This document shows positions 49,450-62,235 of a stretch of DNA of 64,000 bases, piece by piece. The DNA is taken from the NCBI GenBank assembly GCA_052327205.1, contig CM126224.1, forward strand, positions 17,112,001 to 17,176,000. The letters are read 5' to 3'. Every line of letters begins with the position of its first letter. Position 1 is the stretch's first letter. The notes below the pieces were generated by a model that was given only the letters and a program-made list of their open reading frames with translations, was not told the origin of the DNA and searched no databases. This stretch comes from Somniosus microcephalus. Lineage: Eukaryota. Position numbers and translations under genes: made by a program.

Positions 49450-50152
49450 CAGCTGCTGGGCACCAGTTATTCACCATCACAGGTTTTTTTCTTCATTTTA
49501 AGTACAAGGGCAACAAATCGGTAGAACATGTGGGTAACATCAGAGCGAGTCAGAATTGATATCCTCCCAACATTCAGTATTTGGAAAATCACTTAAAAAA
49601 AATATAAGCAATGAACTTCATTCTACCACTAAAACTGCAATCATCAAAACGTTCTCCAGATATTGTTTGCTTACTGCAATCACTACTACCTCCAGCAGGT
49701 TTTCTTTGGGGCTGCCCTCTTGAACCTGTCATTTTCTTCCTGCTCCACAATGTCATCCTACATTTTATTTATAAGACAGTTAAATTGAGCAGTTTCAATG
49801 TCAAACTGCAATGGGTTTATAAAGGTCAACAAACCCCAGAGACTGAATTACTTCCTTTAACTCACTGGCAGGTATAGGCTATTGTTTACAATACTGAATA
49901 AAAATCAAGTTCATTTTTGACTGCTTTCATCATTGTGCAAGAGAGGTAGCATACAAGTGTAATTAAAAAAACTGACAGTGATCTGGAAGGTTTATAGTAT
50001 ACACAGCGGGTGCTATAGTATATTACAGATTTGTTATGAAATTGATACAAAATATTTGTAGCATGATAAAACTTGAAATCAGCCCTGAGCAGTCACAACA
50101 TTCAAAACAAACAAAGAACAAGATGAAGTCGCTGAGTGTGGAAGAGTAAATA

Positions 50153-50485
50153 CAGGAAACTTTGTGCTATCCGGAGGTGAGCTATCCGGCAATCTGGAGC
50201 CACCGGCAAAAATCAGCAGCCGTTTTTTATTCTTTTTGTTTGTTTTTTTTGCTTTGTTTGAACAGTCAAGCTGTGCAAGGTCTGTAGCTATAGCAACAGC
50301 TTCAGCTACAGAGCTTTAGGGCCACACCCGAGTGTTTAGAAGCTGTTGCTAAGCAACAGTGTTTGTTGTCAAATACGGAGATAAGAATCTCCGTATCTCG
50401 CAACATTAACTCTGGAGAGTACGGAAGTTTTGAGGCAACGGCAGCAGCTCGGTCCCGTGGGTGCCGGATAGCACAAAGTTTCCTG
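50153..50485. mobile_element. Tc1/mariner (Tigger/pogo-like) MITE, copy 2
   Basis: Perfect 22-bp TIR CAGGAAACTTTGTGCTATCCGG, with TA on both sides. Confidence 0.85.
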
Positions 50486-50639
50486 TATTATGAAAATCCC
50501 ACATTCAGCATAGTCAACCACTCCATCAACTGTCTCCTGTAGAGTTGACCTGCCACTCATATCTGGCACAAAGTATCCATCACATCTCCAACAATGGCTC
50601 GAATCCCTGATTCACTACCAAAGTATCCCATCCTTGAAT

Positions 50640-51520
50640 CCCCCCTGTTCATTCTGGCCCTCAGACATTATCTGTAGGCATGGGGGTCAGTTTCCATGCA
50701 TAAACTGATGATGCACGCTGGATTCAGTGACCACCTCTTATCACAAGGCTTCTCTGACATTAAGTCGTGGATAAGCCAGAATTTTCTCCAATTGAATATG
50801 GTGAAAACTGAAGCCATCGTATCTTTCCTCCCCACCAAAACTTCTACTCCCTTGTCAATTCCGTCCCCTTCCTCAGCTGCCCAGCCAGGCTGAACCAGGT
50901 GGTACAGTGTGTCCTGTTTGACCCTGATTTGGGTTCAAAACCAATACCTTATCCATCAAGATTGCTTAATTCCACCTGTGTGTGATTACTCCTCAGCCCC
51001 TCCCCCAAGCTCACCCCATTCTCACAGAAACGCTTATCCATGCTTTTGTTAAGTCAAGTCTTGACTTTTCCAATGACCTTATGCGTTCCATCCTACATGA
51101 ACTCCAACATGCGCAAAACTGTCACCAACATACAGCCCTGCACCAAGTCCCACTCACCCATCACCACTGCCCTGGACGAACCTCCATTGACTGCCTGGGC
51201 CCCACTGAATTTAAAAACCTCGCTCCCATTAAAAATAATTCTTGACACACACTACCACCAGCACTGCATCCTAGCCTGCACCCCTCAGTCCTCTGATACT
51301 GGCCTCCTGTGTATCCATTTTTATTCATTCCTCTATCTGCAGCAAACCCTTCAGCTATCTCCAGCCTACTTTCTGAACCACCTTAATTTATTACTTCTCT
51401 CCCACCTTTAAAGCTTTTTGACCATGCTTTTGGTCATCTCTTACCACTATGCAGAAAACACTCTCCATTGCGTGAAGCACTTTTGGGCAGTTGTGCGAAA
51501 GGCACTACACAACTTGTTGC
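50640..51520 (+). mobile_element. Degenerate L2 LINE 3' fragment
   Basis: SDIKSWISQNFLQLNMVKTE and ETLIHAFVKSSLDFSN L2-like motifs. Confidence 0.7.
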
Positions 51521-51540
51521 CGATAGCTTCTTGCAAGGGT

Positions 51541-51930
51541 TTATTATTTTTTATTCGTTCATAAGATGTGGGCGTCGCTGGCAAGGCCAGCATTTATTGC
51601 CCACCCCTAGTTGCCCTCAAGAAGGTGGTGGTGAGCCGCCTTCTTGAACTGCTGCAGTCCATGTGGTGAAGGTGCTCCAACAGTGCTGTTAGGGAGGGAG
51701 TTTCAGGATTTTGACCCAGCGACGAAGGAACGGCGATATACTTCCAAGTCAGGATGATGTGTGACTTGGAGGTGGTGGTGTTCCCATGCGCCTGCTGCCC
51801 TTGTCCTTCTAGGTGGTAGAGGTCGCGGGTTTGGGAGGTGCTGCCGAAGAAGTCTTGGTGAGTTGCTGCAGTGCATCTTGTAGATGGTACACACTGCAGC
51901 CACGGTGCGCCGGTGGTGGAGGGAGTGAAT
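51541..51930 (-). mobile_element. LINE 3' end (same family as 26873)
   Basis: IHSLHHRRTVAAVCTIYKMHCSNSPRLLRQHLPNP. Confidence 0.8.
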
Positions 51931-52660
51931 GTACATTACAAAAGATTAAAATTTTAATAGGGAACAGAAGGCATCCACAAGCAGGAACTGAAAAATTAAA
52001 AAGGAAAGAGGTGGTAGGAGGCTACCTGATCTGGAAAGATACTGCTATCCTACTAAATTGGGAATGTGCTAAAATGAATAAAAGATAAGAGTGGCAGTCT
52101 CTTGGATGTCCAAAGAAAGAAATTTATTGCACAGGAGCATCGATCATTTAAAAAAGAGGGCTGGGAAGATGATTCAATTGTTGGGTACAATGAGTACTAG
52201 ATACATAAAAATCAGGACGTGAATGCACATTGTACTTGTGCAATAATGCATGGACAATAAAAGGGATCTAAAATTGTTGATTTGCTAGTTTCAGCCTAGC
52301 ACAAAAAGCTACAATTACCTGGAGGTCAATGTGATCACTGCCTACATATCTGGACAACTTGATAGGATAGGGGGTGGGTGGATAGGAATAGGGAGAAGAA
52401 ACTACGACTAACTACAAAAAGCTTCCGTGTGTACCAATTGAATGGAGTGTATTTTTGGGGGGGGTGGAGTGGGAAGAGAGAAAGATTTCAATGAAGTTGG
52501 TAAGAAAGTATAAGTAGTTAAAATGGAAGATCAATTGGTGAGGAAGAATGGAGGAGCAGAAACAACCAAAGATTAAAATTAATGCGACTAACTAACAAAT
52601 GTCCTATTTTCTTTTGACATCCTTTACTTTAAACAATATCTCCTAGTCCTCAAATCCTGT

Positions 52661-52755
52661 TCTGACAAAAGCTCATTGACCTGAAACGTTAACTGTTTCT
52701 CTCTCCACAGATGCTGCCTGACCTGCTGAGTATTTACAGCATTTTCTGTTTTTTA
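52661..52755 (+). mobile_element. Short Penelope-terminal-repeat-like insertion with 13-bp target-site duplication
   Basis: CCTCAAATCCTGT at 52648-52660 and 52756-52768; internal CTGACAA...GAAACGTTAAC. Confidence 0.65.
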
Positions 52756-55372
52756 CCTCAAATCCTGTGCCCTGCAGAAGAACTTTCTTGGGTCCAAGTT
52801 CTCCATACCCTTGAAATTAAAATTATGGAAGGAAGCTCAAGATGCATTCAAAGTGACTTGTATGTAATCAATCTTTACGGCTCATGGTACATAATGTGAG
52901 GGAAGAGTATTTGGAAAAGTTTAAAATTACTAATTTTTCTGGCATTTTTGTTGGCAACGCTTACCTGTATGAAGTACTGCTAGAATCGGATTCAGTCAAG
53001 TACCCAAGAATGGATGAGCATTTATGAATATGGTGTATCTGGAAACAATTGGCATGAAATCCCAGGGAGAGTGATGATTTATAATAGAACGTGGGTTAAA
53101 ATGTGGGAACCAGCAAAGGGAGGTATCTGACAGGCTAACCCGTCAAATTCCACGTGAAAGACTGAACTGGTCTTTTTGCCTCTCATTCCCCCTTGTGAAC
53201 AGTATATTATTTGAGGACCAAAAATGCACAGTCCCTGCCCCATGTCTGGAAAAAATAAAATGAAGTCAGTTCATACTTAATTAGTCTATTTAAATACAGT
53301 AAAAGTTAAATGACCAAAGGTAGCATCTCCAACCACATCAGCGGTAAATAATCAAATGCTGCATATTTCAATAGAAACTTAAACTCAAACTTGACTTCTA
53401 CTTCAGGGTGATCGGTAAAACTGCAATCTGTTTTTTTGTCTTAATGTAAGGAACATTGCACCAAACTGCCAATTAACTCACATCCAAAATGATTACACGT
53501 AGATTCCAGTTCTGCCCTTGCACTGCACCCCCCACTCAAGGGGCACACAAGCTCTGAGAAGCGATGAATTGTGCGATTGTTTTTGACAGCTGCTGGCTAC
53601 CAGGGGCTTTGCCGTCACAACTCAAAAATCAATCCTTAGATAAGGAGGCTAGGCCTCCTCCTGCACAGTCAGTAATGCAATTCATGGCCCATTGGGTCCT
53701 GGCCACATCTGCATCTGTTCTGAATATTAGCTTCTGAAGCTGAGGCAACAATTGGCTGTAGCCAATTCAATTCGGTTATCGTTCTTGCAGACTCTGAGGG
53801 CTAGCCCACACTGGAGTGCTTTATTACCTTATGTTTTCTCAGAGGCAGAAGAGAGAGTGAAAGCAATAGATTTCCTGTATTTAATGGAAAACTTTACTTG
53901 CATTCTGTATATACACACAAAAGATGTGAGCAGATCCCATGATTTGCCCCAGGTGCACAACTCCAACTTTGAAAATAGATTTTAATTGATTGAATGTAGA
54001 GTACACAAATTTAATGCACATTTAAAGCCCTAACCAATTTAACCAAGTGCAGCATTTTAACCATTAGTTTCTGTGTTAAAACAAAAAAGATATAATGGAT
54101 GAATCCTGCAACCGCACATTTAAACTAATTTTGTGTATTTGTTTTGAAGTGAACTAGAGACTGATGTGAAACATCAACATTTAGCAGAATGACCACAAGA
54201 GACAAATGCTTTTGATGACATATTGGGTCCTTGATGAAAAGAGTGGCATCAAGCAGGTTTCCCCATGGAATCTCATGTATAGACGTGATAAGGCAATGAA
54301 CATCCATTTATCACAACCTCCTGTTTGCATCCTGTGAGGAAGTAATATAACCTATTCAACATCTCATGCACCACAAGTAGCCAGTTTCATGTTAAGGCCA
54401 GGATGCGAGAACTATCAAATGTTCCGGGAATGTTATGGGGCTAGTGTGCTAACTGTGACTAACGTCATGAATAGAGACATGATCCCCTCTCATATTGTTT
54501 TGTTTATGCTTCACATAAAATCTGTTTAAATAAACTTGCTCTGGCATGTGTAGAAATTTGAAAAATCTTAGTATGTACACCACACATGGTATAAATCATC
54601 TATGCAGCTCTATAACCGTTTGTCTGTGAGACGCAATATTTTGAACTCCGATTAAATTGAGAAGACTGATAGTCTGTTTCGACTTCAGTTCTCTACACAG
54701 GCATTTTCTGATCCGATTTAAATCTTCATGGGGAGGGTACAGGGCAGTGGCTCTCTCTTACTGAAAACAAAGAAAAAGAGCATAATCTTTTGTCTGCTCT
54801 TGGGCAGTTTGTAATAGACCGCTCAAAAGGCTCAAGAACAGAAACAGAAAATGCTGGAAATGCACAGACCAGTCACTATCCTTAAAGAGAAAAGACAGGT
54901 TATGATGTTTCCAATGACTGCTACTCAGCTATTCTACTGGAAGTTCATTCAGCTGTTTAATGAAACCCGGGCTCTACCCAAACTTGACTGTGATGGACAA
55001 CACTGGGCAAACTGCTCTGCTAGATTGAGACAGCAGTGCAACAGAAGCAATGGGAAAAATTGGATACTCGGTTTGTAGAATTGCTCAAAAAATAAATAAG
55101 TTTTGTTGGGGACTAGATTATTTATTTAATTGGGTTCTACTGTATTTCCATTCATCCCTATTATATTTAAATCTGATACAAGCACATATTTGTAGTGTAC
55201 TAGGCAAGGCACACACCTGCTATATATAAAATCATTGATCAAGCACAGAATGTAAATGTATCACTTCAATTTGCTTCAATGATATGGAAGCTTTGAATCA
55301 AGCACAACTCTTGCCAAGTTAGTCATGGCTCAGTAGCCTTTATGCTTCATCAGTTCTGGTCCTCAGTTCCAA

Positions 55373-55820
55373 CAACAACAACTTGTATTTATATAGCGTC
55401 TTTTAACGTAGTAAAATGTCCCAAGGCGTTGCACGGGAGTATTTTAAGACAAAGAAAATGACACCGATCCACATGAGGATAAATTAGGCCAGGTGACCAA
55501 AAGCTTGGTCAAAGAGTTAGGTTTTAAAAGGAGGAAAGAGAGGTAGCAAGGCAGAGGTGTTTAGGGAGGGAATGCCAGCGCTTAGGGCGGGAATGCCAGC
55601 GCTTAGGGCCTAGGCAACAGGAGGCACGGCCAACAAAGTTTGAGCGATTATAATCAGGGATGCTCAAGAGGGCAGAATTAGAGGAGCTCGGATATCTCGG
55701 AGTTGTGGGGCTGAAGGAGATTACAGAAATAGGATGGGGCAAGGCTATGGAGGGATTTGAAAACAAGGATGAGAATTTTGAAATCGAGGCGCTGCTCAAC
55801 CTGGGAGCCAATGTAGGTCA
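55373..55820 (-). mobile_element. L2 LINE 3' end
   Basis: RLDFKILILVFKSLHSLAPSY; tail GCTATATAAATACAAG(TTG)n. Confidence 0.85.
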
Positions 55821-56725
55821 ATATAATTCCAAGGAAGAAAGACAAGATGCTCAGGGAAGAAACCATGATTTGGTGGATTGGGGGGGACGGTTGAGAAAAC
55901 AGGAACCAGCACCCTCTATATGAAGTAATATTTTATTTGGGTGAAGATATCTCTTTTATAATTCATCATCATTGAGAACCAATATTTCAACTAACTGGGA
56001 GCATTTGGAGTCAAGTTACAGGCCACTTGCAGACAACTCTGAACAGAATCCTGTGACTTTGCATCCAAACCAGACTAGATACCAGAGGTGCCTGGCCCAT
56101 AACACTCAAACAGAAATGCCCACGGTATCTTTACCAGTTAACAGGCCTGCATGCCGATTTCTGCAGTTCTCCATAAAGCTGTGTCCGACCTGACTGCCAG
56201 CTGACTGGCTCCCTGATAAGAAGGGAGACCTGAAATAGTAGGTCTCAAGGCTAAAATAAAATGTAGGATATTTCCTACCCAGCAGAATTGTTCACAAACT
56301 TACCTTCTAAGTATTCCTCCTGTGCTGCTTTGAAGTGGAACTAGCTGCAGTTTACATTTTTTTTTAAAAAATAGGAGGGCTATAAAAATAGCCAGTTAAT
56401 GTTGACCACTCCAGGGAATGTATGACCCCTACAGCCCCAAACCACGTATCAAATCACTACACTGAAGATTGGAGAAATCATGGGATGACATTAGTTTGCA
56501 AATTTAGTGCATGTTGTCAGCATTTGCAATTTGGTTACCAGATTTGGTACAGATACTGGCAGTATCTAGATGTGAACTCTTAAAAGATTTAATATTTTGC
56601 ATTTTTGAATGTGACTTTTTTCTCATGAAGGTGAAGGGTGCCAGTGTTGGGGAATGTGTGGAAATATGTATTTCCCCACCTAGGTTATAGCACAGCATAA
56701 AGCTCTTTGGTATTGGCTCCAAAAT

Positions 56726-57829
56726 GTGCATAAGAGATTAGCGTGCAAAGTTAAAGCACACAGGATTGGGGGCAAGGTACTGACTTGGACAGAGAACTGG
56801 TTGGCAGACAGGAAGCAAAGAGTTGGAATAAACGGGTCTTTTTCCGAGTGGCAGGCAGTGACTAGTGGGGTACCGCAGGGATCGGTGCTAGGACCCCAGC
56901 TATTCACAATATATATTAATGATCTAGACGAGGGAACTAGATGTCATATCTCCAAGTTTGCAGGCGACAGAAAGCTGGGTAGGCGTGTGTGCTGTGAGGA
57001 GGATGCAGAGAAACTCCAGCATGATTTGGACAGGTTGGGTGATTGGGCTGATGCATGGCAGATGCAGTATAATATGGATAAATGCGAGGTTATCCACTTT
57101 GGTGGCAAAAACAGGAAGGCAGATTATTATCTGAATGGCAATAAATTGGGAAGAGGGGAAGTGCAACGAGAGCTGGGTGTCCTTGCGCATGCAGGTGCAG
57201 CAGGCGAGAGGATTAGAGTACAGGAGCAAGGATGTCTTGCTGCAGTTGTACAGGGCTTTGGTGAGACTACACCTTGAGTATTGTGTGCAGTTTTGGTCGC
57301 CTTATCTGAGGAAGGATGTTCTTGCCATGGAGGGATTGCAGTGAAGATTCACCAGACTGATAGCTGGGATGGCAGGAATGATGTATGAAGAGAGATTGGG
57401 TCGATTATGCTTATATTCGCTAGAGTTTAGAAGAATGAGAGGGGATCTCATTGAAACTTATAAAATTCTAACAGGACTAGACATACTAGATGCAGGAAGG
57501 ATGTTCCCGATGGTGGGTGAGTCCAGAACCAGGCGTCACAGTCTAAGGATAAGGGGTAAGCCATTTAGGACTGGGATGAGGAGGAATTTCTTCACCCAGA
57601 GAGTGGTGAACCTGTGGAATTCTCTACCACAGAAGGCAGTTGAGGCCAATTCATTAAAAATATTCAAGAAGGAGTTAGATATATTTCTTAAGGCTAAAGG
57701 GATCAAGGGATATGGGGAGAAAGCAGGGACAGGGTACTGAATTTGGATGATCAGCCATGATCTCATTAAATGGCAGAACAGGCTCGAGGGGCCGAATGGC
57801 CTACTCCTGATCCTATCTTCTATGTTTCT
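56726..57829 (+). mobile_element. 5'-truncated CR1 LINE, sister of the 28409 copy
   Basis: Near-identical RT peptides to 28384-29415, with an internal deletion and a stop. Confidence 0.93.
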
Positions 57830-58524
57830 AGTCTTAATTTCAGATTATCCCTGCGTTGAAATAAGGTTTTCCACTTCCGCTACAAACTTATGGTTTCTTT
57901 GGGGCAAGGGTGGGGGGACACTGCCAATCTTGCTGGTAGTTTTCTATTGTGGGCTCACTTGCAAACTCATTTCTTAGAGCCAGCAGAGATTAGACTTTCA
58001 TCCCACCAGGCTGTGCTGGATATGAATCCATGCCCAAGAGGTGAAAGCTCATTGTACCACCCACTTTAGCAAAAGAAACCTATACAACCAGGCATAATTC
58101 AGAAGACGAAAATATTTGAACTGAAAGTAATTATATCCTCAAATTATCCTTCACCTTAACTTATATAAAGTCACAATCCCATATAATGGTTTCTATAGAA
58201 CCAGGACAAAATAGCCAATGCCTCAATCATATTGATGGTAAGATGCAGTTCTTTAATCAAAGCACAATACATACTGACAGGGAAGAGCGTGCGTTTTCGC
58301 CTCTGAGCAGCAGTCAGCTACTACAAGCTACAACGAATGATGGCAGAGGCAGCAACAGAAAAATGCCATAACGGAGGCTGACATTTCATTATCAGCCAAC
58401 CTGCAAATCAAACCTCTAAACACCACTTGCGAACAGAATACGAAGAGAGCAGATATATAAATGTCAGCCTAGTGCTGGTGCAGGTACAGTATGTAACTGT
58501 ACTTCATGGTAAACCACAGGTATA

Positions 58525-59322
58525 GATCTCGCTCGCCCCTCCCCTTCTCTGTAATCTCCTCCACCCCTACAACCCTCTTGAGAACTCGGCGTTGCTCCAA
58601 TTCTGGCCTCTTGTGCAACCCCCATTTCCTTTGTTCCACCATTGGTGGCCATGCTTTCAGCGGTCTAAGCTCTGGAATTCCATCCCTAAACCCCTCTACC
58701 TCTAGCTCTCCTCCTTCAAGGCGCCCCTTAAAACCTACCTCCGAGTAAGTTTTTGGTTAGCTTTTATATCTAGAGGGTTAGAATATAAAGGGGAGGAAGT
58801 TTTGCTACAGCTATATAAAGCCCTGGTTAGCCCACATCTGGAGTACTGTGTGCAGTTCTAGGCACCGCATCTTAGAAGGGAAATATTGGCCTCGGAAGTG
58901 CAGATTCAACAGAATGTTACCAGGGTTCCAAGGGTTAAATTCTGAGGAGAGATTACATGAACTAGGCTTGTATTTCCTGGAATATAGAAGGCTAAGGAGC
59001 GATTTGATTGAGGTCTTAGAATTTAGAGAAGTTAGGAAACACTTCTTCACCCAAAGGGTGATAGAAGTGCAGAACACTCCTACAAAAAGCAGTAGTTGCT
59101 AGCTCAATTAATAATTTTAAATCGTCAAGGGTATCAAGGGATATGGAGCCAAGGTGGGTAAATGGAGTTAGGGTACAGGTCAGCCATGGTCTGAATGGGC
59201 TACTCCTGTTCCTAATATCTCCTTATGCGGCTCGGAGTCAAATTTTATCTGATAATGCTCCTGCGAAGAGCATTGGGAGGTTTTACTATGGTAAAGATGC
59301 TATATAAATCCAAGTTGTTGCT
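58525..59322 (+). mobile_element. L2 3' end split by a CR1 fragment (CR1 about 58760-59213)
   Basis: L2 sequence (matches the reverse complement of 55373-55820) stops near 58760 and resumes near 59214, up to the GCTATATAAATCCAAGTTGTTG tail. Confidence 0.75.
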
Positions 59323-59761
59323 ATATATTGTAACTGCATCCCTGATCTTGAAAGTTTAACTATATATCGACTCCCAGATATAATAGCCAAGATAGAAAAT
59401 TTTGGTACAGTGTCCTTTGAACAATTCAGATGTTATGGTCTAAATAATCCCAGTGATTTCAAAAAACAAGTGTTCCACACACTGTATGCCCTACAGTGCC
59501 ACAAGAGACTTCATGCAGCTGGGAAATATTTTTGAAAATTGCTAAGTTTGTTGTTTTTACATTAACACCACATCGAGTATTAGTTTTTAATCTAGCAACA
59601 GATGATGGTGTTGCTATTGCACAGGGAGCAAGGGGCTCTTTTGCAGGTAAACATTGCTCAGCTGGTAATGCAGCACTAAAGGAATGAAGGATTAAAAGTC
59701 AGCAAATTAATCCACAGCAAGTGCATCAGTCAAACACAGTCTGTGCTAAAGGATACATTAC

Positions 59762-59870
59762 CTCCTGTTTGAGCGTTAGCCTAGCCACAATCTCTTCGTG
59801 ATCGATGAGTGACAATTCATCCGTTTCATCATTTTGATCCAGATCTGGCGAACTCGGAGCGTCTGCTCGC
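59762..59870 (-). CDS. RAPGEF1: RAPGEF1 coding exon (upstream exons lie outside the window)
   Basis: ttccctAG|G CGA...CAG GAG|GTaatg, 109 nt, phase 2/0; RADAPSSPDLDQNDETDELSLIDHEEIVARLTLKQE. Confidence 0.92.
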
Positions 59871-60074
59871 CTAGGGAAAAGACAGACAGTACAGAAATGA
59901 ACAGGTAAATTAGACACAATGAGTTCATGCAGCACAGAAATGAGTATGGAAATGGCATATTTCAAACATAAATATAATATACAAAGTGAGAAAACTGTAT
60001 CCTAAATGTCATCCAATTTACCATCTACACAATTCATAGCTTTCTGCTCAGTTTAATTCTAATGGATTTCCTCC

Positions 60075-61400
60075 CCTCAAAAAGCCCCATCCCTCAACGT
60101 CTGGCTGCCCCAACTACCAGTCCATCTCCAACTTCCTTTTCCTCTTCAAGGTCCTTGCCTCCCAACTCTCAACTCCGTGTTTCAATCCCTTCAGTCTGAT
60201 TTCTATCCCATCAGCAGCACCAAGATAGCTGTGGCCAAAGTCACTGAGGCGAACTCCTGCGACTGTGATACATTGCCCTCCTTGTCCATTCTGCGGTATT
60301 CAATGCAGACAATCACACCACCCTCCTCCATCACCATTTTCCGGGGTCCATCTCCATTACACTTCTCGTGTGGCTCCCTTCCTACCTGTCTGAATGCAGC
60401 CAGTGCGTCAAGTATAGACTTTTCCTCCTGCCCACGTGATCACCTACAGTGTACCCCAAGGATCCATCCTCAGCCTCCTTTTCTTCATCTACATGTTACC
60501 CCTCTACATCATCCACAAACCATTTCCATTTGTATCCTGATGACACTCATTTGTACCTCAGTAATTCCCTTGACTAACTGTCTGACATCAAGTTGTGGTT
60601 GAACCAGAATCTCCTCCAACTGAACACTAGGAAGAATGAAGCTACCATAGTTGGATTCTACCAAAACCTCTATCTTTGCTGCCAACTATCTATGTCCTGA
60701 TTGCTCGTTCGGGTTGCAACAGACAGTACATAACCTTGGTGCCCTGTTTGATCTGGAGCAGAGTTGCACAATGGCATCAACAAGACTGCTTACTTCAACT
60801 TTTGCCTTTCACCCCCAACTTACTCCCACTGCAGCGGAAATCCTAATCTGTGCTATTGCTGCCTCTAGACTTCATTTTTCCAACAAACATTCCTCCCCCA
60901 CCCCCTTTACCAGTCCCCCAATCTTCACGAACTCCAACTGGCCCAAAATTAGTTTCCGTGCCTCCTTGTTCTGCACTCTCACTTACCCATCAATCCAATC
61001 CATTATATTACTTATATTAGCTGCATATCCCCCAATATATTAATTTCAAATCTTCATCGACAAATCCCTCCATGGCCTTGCCCATCTCTATAACCTTTCC
61101 CATCCTGGCCCATTGTTCCTTTAGCTCTGGCCTCCTGTGCACCCTCTCCCCCTCTATCCCACTGTGAGTGGTAGAGCATTCAGCTGACTAAACCCTACAC
61201 TTCAAAACTCCCTCCATAAATCTCTCCATCTCATTTTCTCTCTCCTTACCTTGAAACACCTTCTCAAAATCTACTTATTTGACCATATTTTTGGTCATGT
61301 CTCCCAACTCTCCCATTTATGTTCAGTGGCCATTTTTATCCTTGTATGAAGCCCCTTGGGATATTGTTTCTCTTCTTTTAACAGCGCTATATAAATGCAT
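60075..61400 (+). mobile_element. Degenerate L2 LINE
   Basis: YQSISNFLF, VPQGSILS and WLNQNLLQLN remnants; tail GCGCTATATAAATGCA. Confidence 0.7.
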
Positions 61401-62211
61401 GCTTGCCTTTGTTTAATGTAGTCTATTTCACACTCACAAATAATACCAGTCATCATCATGTTGACTTCCCTGTTGCACTGAATCTTAAAGCCAATGTGAA
61501 GCTAACACTTAATTTGAACTGTTTTAGTCGCTGTAGGAAATTTGTAGAAAGGATTTGTAGCTGTAGGATTATGGTTAAGCAGATTCCAATTGTCTTTGAA
61601 CAAATCCCAAACTTAATGAAAGCACCCTTTTATTCATATAATTATCAAATAAAAAATCTTTATACTGTATATGCTAATTACAGCATTACAAAAAAATGCA
61701 TTATATATGCACTTGCTACAAATGACAGCACATGGTCAATAGTGACTAGAACCCAGAATAAATTTGGTATCAAGAGTTGTTTTGATTAAGAGAAAGAGGG
61801 GTGTAGGTTTTTGTCTACAATCCCACCTGTCATCTCTATCTTGGATTTCCTTTTCACTAGTTGTTGATATTGGAGAGTCATTGTGATGGATCTCTTGTTC
61901 ATTCGGAGACCCTACCGGCTCCTGGAGGGAAACAAACTATGTTAAACAATGTAAAAAATGCACGCTAGGAATTCAACTTGGTTAACAAGCAGCACACATT
62001 TGACTGAGCTTGGATACCGAGCTCCAATCGGTGCAGCTATTATAATTTTTCAAGTACTGTACATAGATAAAGAGAGGCCCCACAATAATTACAGCCATTC
62101 CCAAGTATTATTTACTATTGATGATCATATTGTCCAAAAACATGTTAAAAGTTGCTAGGTACAATTGTGCTATTGTAATTTAAGCCAAAAGTTAAAGATG
62201 GAATCACTTAC

Positions 62212-62235
62212 AGTGTCAGCACACATCGGTATTTC
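62212..62235 (-). CDS. Candidate 24-nt RAPGEF1 microexon
   Basis: Pyrimidine tract + CAG | GAAATACCGATGTGTGCTGACACT | GTAAGT; open in the required phase. Confidence 0.4.

Noticed and set aside
56298-56350. Possible extra RAPGEF1 exon (strong AAG|GTAAGT donor on -); similar lone donors near 48414 and 52960
   Set aside because: No polypyrimidine tract or convincing acceptor, and the flanking exons already join in frame (KQE|GED).
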